Under the pieces are notes generated by a model. It worked only from the letters and a program-made list of their open reading frames with translations, was not told the DNA's origin and did no database searches. Shown here one piece after another: positions 42,661-55,148 of a DNA stretch of 64,000 bases. The position numbers and the translations under genes are program-made. How positions within the stretch are numbered: the stretch's first letter is position 1; every line of letters starts with the position of its first letter. The DNA comes from Paraspadella gotoi (Eukaryota; Animalia; Chaetognatha): assembly GCA_051294375.1 (NCBI GenBank), contig CM119271.1, positions 6,003,991-6,067,990 on the forward strand, given 5' to 3'.

Positions 42661-43768
42661 GGTGAGGTCTCGTCTCTTTGGTGGGNNNNNNNNNNNNNNN
42701 NNNNNNNNNNAAAAAAAAAAAAAAAAAAACGAGATAAGATTATACGTATTTTCTGTTACGTTGTTTTTTTAATTTTTTTATAGCAATTAGACATTTTCTT
42801 TTAAAAATATTGTTTTTCTTGCTTACCTCTTACCCCGCGATGCTGAATGTTTTTTTAAAACTTGTAACGGTTGTAAAAACAGTAAATTACAAAAACAGAA
42901 TATTGTTTCTCGCTCATGTACTCTCTGCATGTGTGTGTGTGTGTCACTCTTTCTCTTTCTCTCCTTTTTTCGCTTCTTTTTTTTCTAAACGGCCAAATTT
43001 CTCAAATGAAACGTAAATAATAAATTTTTATTCTTTCTAAATTATTAAACAAAAAAGAGTGAATGAAATTCCTCAATGAAAAAAAAAGAAAAAGAAAAAA
43101 AAAACAAAGAAAATAAAACAAAAGAAAAACGTTTCCATTTAAATTCAAAGCCTGATATTTTACGGATGAGTAATTTCGATAAAAATCGTATTCGTACGAA
43201 GGCATTTCATTTAGGTTTACATGAAATTTTAGTGCCTCACGGATAAGACAAATTTATTTATTAAGCGGTTTGCGTCCGCCTTAGCATTGGCCACTGCACC
43301 GATGGGGCGCCAAAACGAGGCGGGTCAAGAGAACCTTTATGAACCAATTAGAAAAGATTCACAGGTTCTCTCTCTTTTGAAATGCAATAAAGTTAACAGT
43401 AAGGAGATCACCAGGCCATCAGGGCGGTTAGGCGTCAAACCAGTTATTTGCCACAACCGGAGACAATAAAAATCGCTCTGTGAAATAGTAAAGATCGAAA
43501 ATGACATCGTGTTTTGCCTTTCGGAAAAATATTTATCAGGACGAGGACGAAGAAGTCACGTCGTTCGACGAGCCTGAAAATTTTTTGCTCGTTTAAATAA
43601 TTAATTAATCGACCCACCCCCCGCATGTATTCGTATAGTTCTATTGATAAGTTACACTCGTCGAAACATCAATTAATAGTGAGATATTAGTAAGATTAAA
43701 GGAAAAATGCAGAGTTTAGAACTGTGAAGAAATAAATGTTAAAAGTCGAAGGGCGTGTTCATATCATT

Positions 43769-44996
43769 TATGTTTCATATTTATCGTGCCGTCGACAGGT
43801 TTAGTTATTGCCCCCAAAAATTCATTATGTATGTAACTCTCTTATGTTTCCCTGCTGTTTTTATAGCAAAAAGGTTTTCGAACCTTCGCGTAAAACGCAC
43901 AAATTCAGAAATGCAGCGCCCGCGTAATCGACAAATTAAGAGAGATTTTAAATCGTTACAAAAAATTTTAAAAACTAATATTTTCAAGTATCCTAAAATT
44001 GTCAATGCGACGAGGGATATTGCTACCCAGATATGAAACGCCATTCTGGATTCTTGAATATGTTTCATATTTATCGTGCCGTCGACAGGTTTAGTTATTG
44101 CCCAAAAAAATTTATTATGTATGTAACTCTCTTATGTTTCCCTGCTGTTTTTATAGCAAAAAGGTTTTCGAACCTTCGCATAAAACGCACAAATTCAGAA
44201 ATGCAGCACCCGCGGAATCGACGAATTAAAAGAGATTTTAAATTGTTTCAAAAAATTTTAAAAACTAATATTTTCAAGTATCCTAAAATTGTCAATGCGA
44301 CAAGGGATATTGCTACCCAGATATGAAACGCCATTCCGGATTCTTGAATATGTTTCATATTTATCGTGCCGTCGACAGGTTTAGTTATTGTCCAAAAAAA
44401 TTCATTATGTATGTAACTCTCTTATGTTTCCTTGCTGTTTTTATAGCAAAAAGGTTTTCGAACCTTCGCGTAAAACGCACAAATTCAGAAATGCAGCGCC
44501 CGCGGAATCGACGAATTAAAAGAGATTTTAAATTGTTTCAAAAAATTTTAAAAACTAATATTTTCAAGTATCCTAAAATTGTCAATGCGACGAGTGATAG
44601 TGCTACCCAGATATGAAACGGCATTCGCTACCTTGAGGTGCTTTTAAAACCATTTCCTGATTCTTGAATATGTTTCATATTTATCGTGCCGTTGACAGGT
44701 TTAGTTATTGCCCAGAAAAGTTCATTATGTATGAAATTGGTACAACCAATATAAAAATTATATGTATGTAACTCTCTTATGTTTCACGGCTGTTTTTAAA
44801 GCAAAAGGTTTTTGAACCTTCGCGTAATCGACGAATCGACGAATCAATAGAAATTTGAAATCGTTTTAAAAAATGTAAAAAACTAATATTTACAAGTATC
44901 CTAAAATTGTCAATGCGACGAGTGATATTGCTACCCAGATATGAAACGACATTCGCCGCCTTGAGGTGCTTTTAAAACCATTTCCAGATTCTTGAA
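43769..44996. repeat. ~290 bp tandem repeat, about 4 units (second copy)
   Basis: Same unit; ORF track shows near-identical peptides at a 290 bp period. Confidence 0.93.
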
Positions 44997-45721
44997 TTGC
45001 CGAAGGCCGATCGCCGCCATAAACGTCAAAGATCATTCAACCAGATGACGGGATAAGTTAGTTTATTTTACTTTTATTTTTTTAAATTGTTTCTTTCGGT
45101 TTTTCCCACAACTAAACTCACCGTTTTCCTATTTTACTTTTATCATTTAGTCTTATTTGTTTGTTTATTTTTCATCGATTATATCAAAATCTCGATCATT
45201 GTTGCTTTTTTTAATTGTTTTATTATTTTTTTTTTCGCTTTATACGTAGTCGACGTTATGTCCTATTTATCTCAAGTCGGAATCTCTCGAGAAAAAAAAA
45301 ACCTTCAAACATGTCGTTTCCCTTTTTTTTTCGCGCTCTCCAAAGCCGAGGAATATCGATCGAGGCGCCCTCTCCTAACCGCAGCCTCACACCTCGACGC
45401 GAAGACGATCTGGTCGCTGCGCCGTCACGTTTGGTCGAAATTTATCAGGGAGTGCGAATTCAATGTAACGCTGAGGGCTGAGCCATTACTATTATAAGAC
45501 AAAGATAATAATTGAAATGAAAAAAACGGTAACAACATCTGTTTTACTTGACTGATAAAAAAAACTACAACTCATCGCATTACATAAAATTTACATTATC
45601 CTATATCTTCATCTAAATTCTCATACAGTAAGGCTTCGCAAAAGCAATGCACTCGTTTCTGGTAATGCGCTTGCCACACCAAAACACTCTGGCTTCCACT
45701 TTCTAATCTCCACGCCAAGAT

Positions 45722-48700
45722 TCAATTGGTGTTGAGCATAAGACACACCCCTTGCAGGATCCAATGGCTGGAGTGTTCGGTCGTAAAGAGGTCGGCTTCG
45801 AAAACGAGACCGACTCCCATAGCGTTTCGTCGGTCGGAAGTGGTGTAGACCGGAGTACGAAGAGTGTTCTTAGGAAAAGAGAAAATGAGTACCTTTGTTA
45901 TATTCTGATTAACTCTACTTAGTACTTAATACAAGGGAAATACTTTTTTTTTTGACTGTTCGGATATTTGATAAGATAAGATATGCGTTTTTTTCGTTCA
46001 CAACAAATTTTTGAAAAAGAACATTCAATATTCCATTCACACACACAAAAATAATTGCATTAATTGATTTTTTTACAATTGAAAACAATGTAAATAATAA
46101 ATTAAAGAAGCATAGGTAACCCCAGCCCCCCCAAAAAAAATTGAGTTAACTACGTACAATCAGCTAAATGACTAAATTTTTATAACGCAATATAATTTAG
46201 TACAACTGAAACATTCCTTGAAAAATTATACTACTTCAGAGATAGGGAGGCCAGGTACTCTGGGAGTGAATACACGAGACTGTGAGAGAGTCTCGATTGA
46301 AAGCTTGCAGTATCCTGCTATGTTATTATCTTGTAATAGTGATGTCCGAAGTCACGGAAAATATTTATAGAAGATTTATTGAATGAATGAATAATTTTAT
46401 ATTTCAATTTCATAATAAGAAATACATGAGTCTTCAATTTTTAAATATCATAAGTCGGAAAAATCATATGTCATATATCATATGTCACTTTGCTGTCATT
46501 TGACTAATAAAATAATATAATATAATAATATAATAATCAAGTCGTGCAATCAGAGACCTTTCTATATGTATTATTATGTTGTGTCATTGAATCCTTTCAT
46601 TGAAATGGCTAAATTTAGTATTCTTTCAAATAAGAATTTAAAATATTTTTTTATCTTAATTTGATTCAAATCCGTGCAAACAAAGCACCTGCAATTTGAG
46701 ACGATGACTCTCGATCGGAATGACTTTGAGGATGGGCAGCTCCTTTATCAGCTCCTTGGGTAGGGATCTCTCCAACCCCCCAATCGCGTAGTTCCATCCT
46801 GCGCCTTCCAAGTAGAGTCCGCGGACGTATGAACCTAATAGAAAAAAATATGAGTGTGATAAATTCGCTTAAAGATTCTCGTAAAAAAGGGCTGAAATAA
46901 GGAATAAGGTTTTTCAAAATAATTTAGAAAAAACATGTCCGTTATTATTGTTTCAAATAAATCGTTGTTGAATTCATTTCAAACTTTTCTCTAAATCTCA
47001 ACCGCAACGAAACGAAAGGATTATAATGTCTACAAAATAATTAGATTCGAACGGAGTCATTTAAAGTGTTTACAATTTTAAAGAACGGGACATGTTTTTA
47101 AGAAAAAAAATTGTTCAGTAAAAAAGTAACATTAATCCAAACGCAGTATTTTACACAAATATGCAAATGAGATTTAGGAACTTATAACATTATAACATTA
47201 TGTAACTTATTACATTATGTAAATTCTTTAATTAAGACTAGGAGAGCGCGCTATAATCCGTCAAAATTGTCACGTACCCGAGTGCGATCGTTCTTGAATC
47301 TCATCCGCCGATCGAAACTGCGTCACGGAAGTGTACAGCGTCGACTTGTCGAGAGGCCAACCGTTTCGTCGACACGTCGCTTGCACCAACGCTGTCAGGA
47401 ACGACTCTGGGATGTGGAGGCCGGAAAGCCAGATGACCGCCGGTTCGCCTTCGATCACCTAGAAGGAACGAGACGGGATTTTCTCTCTCTCTCTGTTTCG
47501 CTGAAGTTTAAATAAACGAGTTGCGTCCACACGAGCCCCTTATCAAATTTTTTACCTCATCGAGTTAAGGGATCAATAAACCCTTACAGCAACAAGACTA
47601 CTTTTCGACAGCACATTTTTTTCCCTTCAGTTCCATTAGTTTAATATATTTGACCTTTAAAGAGTTCTGAACATTAGGCTTTTCTTCCTAATTTTTTTCT
47701 TTTAAATTTTCAATATTTCTTTAATGTTTAATAAGTGGAAGGAGTGAAATGGGGTGGGCCTTAAAAATATTAATAAAAGCAGCATGAGTGTTGACGGTTT
47801 TTTCCTTAAAGTTTCCCCAGAAACAATTTTTTTAGGTTTTCCATTATCAGTTACTACAGTATAAATTTCTTTTAAATTGCTCGTACCACTCTTAAATTTT
47901 TATTCGTCAAACAAAAGAGGTAAGTTTAATAATAACGCTGTCTTTGGTCTTTAAGTTTTAAAATTTATTAAAGATTTTTGAATGATTAAATTTTACAGCA
48001 TCATTTGCAGCATCAGCAGCATTTACAGCATCATAGTTGATCGGCTCACATTGATACAAAATAATTAAACTACTTCATGATAATTTGAAACCGACCGCAA
48101 AAAGAAAAATGGTCACAATTTTTTTTCAAAATAGTCCTGCGATATTATTCCCTTTCTTCCAAAACTAGAGTAAACTAAACATAATGACATAATAAGAAGT
48201 CACGATATGTATATTAAGGTGGATCGAGTAAGGAGTTAAGGTTTACCTCTCGGTTATTTCGTTACTAGTCATGGACGAGAATGAAAATATAAAACTGTGG
48301 CGAATCCTAAATTCGACTCCCGTATAGCTTGGTGAAACTCAGCTCGTCCCTTTGGCTTGGACAGCTAAGTAGTAAGTACTCATTCACCAACCGTGAGTTC
48401 CGGGTTCGATCCCCTCACGGTCACGCTGGTTAAAGTGTGATGGTGTCGGCATAAACACGCCAGAGATATGGTGAGGTCACTGCAGGTCCAAAGCCCTGAG
48501 TGCCAGCTGTTGGGAGATGCCTGACACCCCAGGCATCATACATGTCCCTCCGTTGCCATAAAACTAACTTTTTATAACTATTACACACATTAGGCATTTT
48601 TAACTATATGCAAATTATAATATGCAAATGAGATTAAGATACATAATTTAATTTAATTAATTTAATTCGATTTTTTTTCTTTCTCCTCTTTATGTTCCTC

Positions 48701-51700
48701 TCTATCTCAAATGTTATAATGGCCAAATGAAATGTCTCTAAATTGATCTTGAATTTTTTTCTTACTAAAAATTCCATCCTCCACTAGGTTGTAAAGTATT
48801 TTTCTTGCTTCACAATCAAGTATTAAAGATTATAACGGCGTTAGATTCAGAAATTTAGCTGAATAGCAAGGCGATTGATGAATAAAAGGTCGCGAAATTC
48901 AGACAGGTTCTATTTTTTACAATAAAGGCCGTAAAATCCCATAAAACTGAGGTTGATTGAGTACAAAATACGAAAAATAAAGGCAGCTCATTTCTCTATA
49001 AATTTTAACTACGGCTAAGCAAAAGACCAGTAAAAATATAGTACAAGCGAATCAAATACCACACAAATGAAAATATTAGCGTTAACTCATGACTGAGTTA
49101 AGGAGACAGAGAGACAAAAAATTAAAAAAGGGAAATGCATAACATTTTTCATATATAGTTAAAGAAAAAAATTAAAAGAATTTACAAATACATGAAAAAG
49201 AGATAGGAAATTGTGAGAGAGTGAGAAAGATTTAAAGGGTAAAAAATAGTGCCCTGGGCTTCCTTGATACCAAAACAGCTCAGCTTTTGTTGTAGGCTGC
49301 GCTATCATCTGGAAAGGGACAAGATAATGCTTCTTATTAAAAAAACCCAAGTCAATGAATGGGTGATAAGGTTCAATATTGGTCATCAACTCTGTATCAT
49401 TTTATTTTAATTGTAATTAACTTGTGAGACCATGTTATAAATTATTCCTTATATCGCCTATCATTCACCAGACATTTTTCAAATATAGAGAGAATGAGAG
49501 TTTATGCCTGATACCAAAAAAATTTACTGGACTCCTTGTCGATCTATGTCATGAGAGAGAGAGAGAAAGATGTAACAGGGATATTTTCGGTTTCTCATTT
49601 GCAGTTGAATCAAATGAATGTAAAAACAAAATATTTTTCATTCATCGTTTTTGGCAAATTTAATGGCAGATCTTTCCTTTTCAAATTTTGTTTTCCGACA
49701 GCAATAAAGAGTTGGTATGTGGGACTGAATCTGATTCGGGAAACAAAATTAAAACAATGAAAGTTGCGGCGCTGGCCATTGTTGGGCTAAACTCCAGTTT
49801 ACACTTATTATAATAATATATGGAAATACAATGAATACAACTCATTCATAGACATTTATCAAAATTAGTAATTTAAAAACTTGGAGTCTTTCCTCCAATC
49901 TTTTCATTTGATCTTCAACGATCTGACAAATTTCGTTGATGAGCTACTTGGGAGATGAGGTTAAATCCAAGTTTGAAGATGAATCCACAAAAGATATACC
50001 CGTTTTACTGTGAGAAACGTTTATGACAATTGCGACTTATTCTCTTAATCTGTTTTTTTTAGATAAGTGATGATGACGTTGATGACAACAAAGACAACAA
50101 TGAGGCGACAACAAAGTCTTAAACGAGGGTTAGGAAACTAGGCAGTTTATGATACAAAAAGGAGAAGAAAAGACAAGGAAGTGAGATTAAGGGAAAAAGA
50201 ATGAAGAGAGATATGCACGTTAAGTAAGAGAGAGAGAGAGAGAAAAGAGCGATAAAGAGAGGAAATTCAGGTATTATTTGCCAGGTTGATGAGTTTGGCT
50301 TTCTTTTGCTTTGTTCTCTCGTTGATATTGTTTACAAATTTTTGTCAATTGTTTTGTGTGAAATAATCATTCCAAAATAACTTTTTACCCTAAAATAGAG
50401 CCAAACTTTATCAATGGGGTGGGTCAGAAGTTTGATTTGGGAACCTTCCCAAATGAAACTTCATACATTTCTAAGAAAACTTTCAATGGACCAATTTTTT
50501 TTAAAATGGCTAAAAGCATTAGTAATTAATTTTTTAATATTTATTTATAGATGGGAAATGTCAAAACAATTTTTTGGAATTTTTTTTCAAGCAGATTCAG
50601 ATAGCTTATAAAAAGTTGTCTACACAAAATATGATTCTTTTTTCAATATTTTGATGATAAGTGGGTCAAAATTGGGAAAAACCTGAAAAAATCATCCTCA
50701 TCATCATCATCATCATCATCAAATAATTTTAGTAGCTTTTGCTCATTTTTTGTGACAAAACATCAAAATTTTAAAAAGTTGTAATTATATTGTTTGCCTA
50801 ACTTTTTTAGCTCTATCAGAATCAATTAAAAAAACTTAAAATGTAAAAAAAAATTTTTTACATTATATAGAAAAATAATAATTTTAATTAGCGAATTACT
50901 TATGGTTCGGAACATTTTTGCAAAAAAATATTTTAACACAATAACTAATACCAATAATGGATTCGTTTAATACTGTTCCCATTAAAATTTGAATATAAAA
51001 AAATCTTTAAAATACAAAGATTTTAAGATCACGTGACCGATTTGCTATTTTTTTATGAATTGAAATGCGTGTGATCCCGAATATTTATTTAATAATCAAT
51101 TGCTGTTGTGAAATGAAAGAAAAGTACAAAGGGCAAAGAAAAAATCGGGAGGTAAAAGATTTTGAAAAAAATTATACGACAGAGATCCGCCTTAAATGTA
51201 TATATGTATATATTTTTTTAAATCTCTACGTGTTTTTTTTTTAGTCACGGCTTTCAAATTTTCATTATGTACATAATTTTTTTTCTGCAGGGAAGTTTTC
51301 CAACGAATGCAATGAATCTGCAGAAAGGATTTTCGACGCTGCTCTTGTTCGTTTTGCTCAAGTCAAAGGTCGAGAGTATGAAATGTTGGGGATCAGATGT
51401 TCGTTCAATTAACCGAAAAGTTTGCACGGTAAGTTTGCGTTTAAAAAAAAACAAACAAAAAAACAAGAAGGCAAAAAAAAAAAACAAAAACAAACGAAAA
51501 AACAGGTTACGTCGTTATGATTGAGAAAGCAAAACAAATTATTCCTTTTAGTGGAAGGACGAACGAACGATCGATACATCTCACTGTGCAGTTGATACTT
51601 GTCGAAATCCAGAGGTAATTAGACAAATCTACACTAAAAACTAACGTAGAAATACTCAAGCTCTTCGCAATTATTAAATTCTCAGCGATTCGTGAATGTT

Positions 51701-52834
51701 AAAGTTTCCGCAGGATTAAAAAAAACAGCAGTTTTTAACATACGTTTTTGAAATAGAAAACTTTCCAATAAACCATGGTGCTTTTGAATGCACCGGCCGG
51801 ACAAATTATCACCAGAATCATGTTGGTTGAAAACACATTGGCGAGAGAAAATGCTCTCTCTTATTCAATCGGTATTCCCTTGATGAAATTAGGCGGGTGG
51901 CGAGAATAAATACTGATTAATAAGTAGTGATTGTGCAATATGCAATTTTTATGCATCCTCACAATCTTCAGTGTAGATGCAATATAGATGCAACTACGGA
52001 TAATATTTTCTCATAGGATAAATGCGGTCGAATGGTGACAAGAGATTCAAGTGAAATTAACGTCGGTTTGCTGGGATGCAAACTGATAAATAAAACTGAC
52101 TGTCAAAAACAGCATGACAATTCTCTAGGAATAGGTAATCATCTAACAAAGTAATATTTAATCTGATCGCAAAATTACTTGTTTCACTATTTTCATTTTT
52201 TAGATTTAAAATAACTATTATTTATGATTTTATTTATTTGTTAAGATATTTTTGTGTTAAATATTTAAATATAATATTATTTATCCGTTTGGGATGGGGA
52301 CGTTAGCGTTGTCTTCTGGAAATAGAGGGTGCATCTACTTTCTGTTCCCAGTTTTCTTAAAAGATTTTTTATGGTCCTTTGCTAGGAACCTTTTGGTTTT
52401 TCATTAAATCAATTAATTAATCAGCTTAATGTCAGCCATGTTTTCTCTTCACAGAGATCGAAATGTGTTATTGCGATGACAAGGATTTCTGCAACGGCGC
52501 CACCAGACTCTGGTGGTCCAGAGCTGCCCTTTCTTTCTTTTCTCTCGCCGTCGCTTTGGTCGTCAGCGTTTTCATGGCCAAAGAATGAAGCTAGGCTTAG
52601 CCAATATCATTGCACAATCGATCAAATTTACAAATATGGCCGAGTTAAATAATATGTTTACTAGCTCAATAATTTTTTTCTCTCATAGCTTTTGCAATCG
52701 TTTCCCTAAAAGAAATACGTCTTGTACAATCGCAACAAAAATTAAAATACTGTGGCTACGAAGGTTTCGTAGCCACGGGGTCAACCCTCGGTGGTCATTA
52801 TGTTTAGCGGTCGCGAAGGAGGCCGGTTAATGAC

Positions 52835-52867
<33 letters not shown>

Positions 52868-53147
52868 TACTTTATCTGTGCCGTGCTCTCTCTTTTTAGT
52901 CTCGTCTGATGATCTTCCATGTTCTACATGTGTTCTCTGTATTACATCAATGTTATTCGCCAATAATATATGATTATGACCGCTACAATACTCCTAATGA
53001 ATTAAAAATAACAGCGGTCATTTTTTGGTGTCATGAGAAAGAGGTCAATAGCTTCCTAGCTTTCCTTGCTATAGTCAAACAAAGCGGGCAAAAAATCTGG
53101 AGGACGTTCTTCTTATTCAGGATTTATTGATAAGCGTTGTATTGTAC

Positions 53148-53241
<94 letters not shown>

Positions 53242-55063
53242 ATTTCTTGTACTGATCGTATCTGGCCAGAAGATGCACCATCCAGTTTCCCAGACTCTTC
53301 AACGTCGCAGGCGCCAGTCTTCGCCAGATGAAAGGAATCTGCCCGTTGTACAGGCATCTAAAGAAACGAGATCGAGAATTGGGGAAACGTTGCGACCACG
53401 TTATTTTAACGGCTACTGATTATTGATTATTGATACGTCCATGGTGCCTTTGCGCCATCGTATGGGTGTCACTAGGCGTTACAAAAATTACGCTAGTCGG
53501 TCGATCTTAATCATCACCTGGCGACATCGTCCAACTCGTTGCTCATCCCAACTTCTCCTGCGAGCGCCTGCGGTAGTAAAAATATTGATGACGGACTTTT
53601 TTTAAGGAATAAGAAAGCTTTAACTTATACTGTGTTAAATCTTCGTTACATATGCTTTTTTTTTTCGTATTTAATATAAAAAATAAGAAAATTTACACGA
53701 TCTACTCTCACTTCTAATAAACCAATAACGAAAATAGAAAACTAGTTAAACAATTTTGAAGAATAGTGAAACCGGAGCATGGATCGAAATTCTAAGGTCA
53801 ACAGCGTCAACAGGTCTCAAGAGCCCTCTCGCTCACCCTCCTCAAATTGATAATGGAGAAGCGCATGCGCGTCAAGAGTTTGTTGAAGCGTTCGATCTCT
53901 TGCAGCAGCACCACCGTCGTCGGGTGGATGTCGATCCCGTACTTTTTCCGGATCTCTTCGTACTTGAAATTTTCCGGGAGTTTCTCCAGGATGTCTCTGA
54001 GAAGGCGAGCATCAGTCGAAACGAGGTCACGACGGACGTCTTTGTATTTGTTGTTGTCGGCGTTAGTCACCGATTTTAAGACTCACTTGGCGATCAAATC
54101 GATGAAGTCTTCGCGCGAGATCTTTGATCCGCTGTCGCCAGTTTGCGGTTGAAGCTCAACCTAAGATCAAAGTGGGTCATTGCTCAGAATTATAATAAAT
54201 AATATCCAATTATGGAAAATCTATTTTAATATTAAAATATATTACCACTTATCAGTTATCACGGTAACGTGATCTCTGGGAAAAGTGACTGCAGCGCAAT
54301 TACGCAATTACCGTTTTTGTTAATTAATTGTAAGTCAATTAAATACAAGACGACCAAATAAAAAAAAAAAAAAACTACGCACCATGTGTTGCCAGGTATC
54401 GCGCGCTGCTTTGGTAAAGTAGCCGATCTCAGCGTTCGGATGCAGACCGAACACGTCGGGCTTGTTTGCCAGCGGTAGCGATTCGATGTATTCTAAAGAG
54501 GAGCCGACAAATTCATCAAGTTTATCCTAATTATCATTATTACTATTACAAACAAAATATCGTCACCCGTGTAAAGTTCCTTGACGAATTTCCCGTCCGT
54601 CGGCTCCGGAATTTTGTAATCGACCGTGGCGTCGTGATAAAAGTGAAAAGGTTGAAAAGTGTCGAAGAGGAAATCCCCCATGTATTCGTCCATGTAGGTC
54701 ATCACCACGCGGCGATCGAAATCGTCGATGACCCGACCGCCGTACATCACCTGGGGTGCGAGTGTGGGGCAAAGATGTGACGGTGGAATGGAGTGATGCA
54801 GATCTTAATGCAGCTCTTGGGAAAACTTTCGTTCTCTCCCTCTCTGTCGCTATCTTTCGCCCTCACTCTCACTCACTTTTACCTCGCCTATTAAATATTT
54901 TAAGCTATTCCACGGGATCTTGGGTTCGTTGTTCTGATGCGCTTTCGTCAAGTAAGTGTTGAGGATCGTCATGCAAACTCGGAAATCCGAGTCGTTAAAA
55001 TCGTAGCAGATGTTCCAACCGATCTTATCGTACTTGCGACGTTCCTGAGGACGTAGAGACGTT

Positions 55064-55148
<85 letters not shown>

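Larger units (their letters stand above)
37869..47470. repeat. Direct duplication of ~4.8 kb (37869-42685 and 42711-~47470) covering the last dynein exons and downstream DNA
   Basis: Both copies begin with poly-A then cgagataagatt; left copy decays into noisy sequence at the 25-N gap. Confidence 0.93.
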
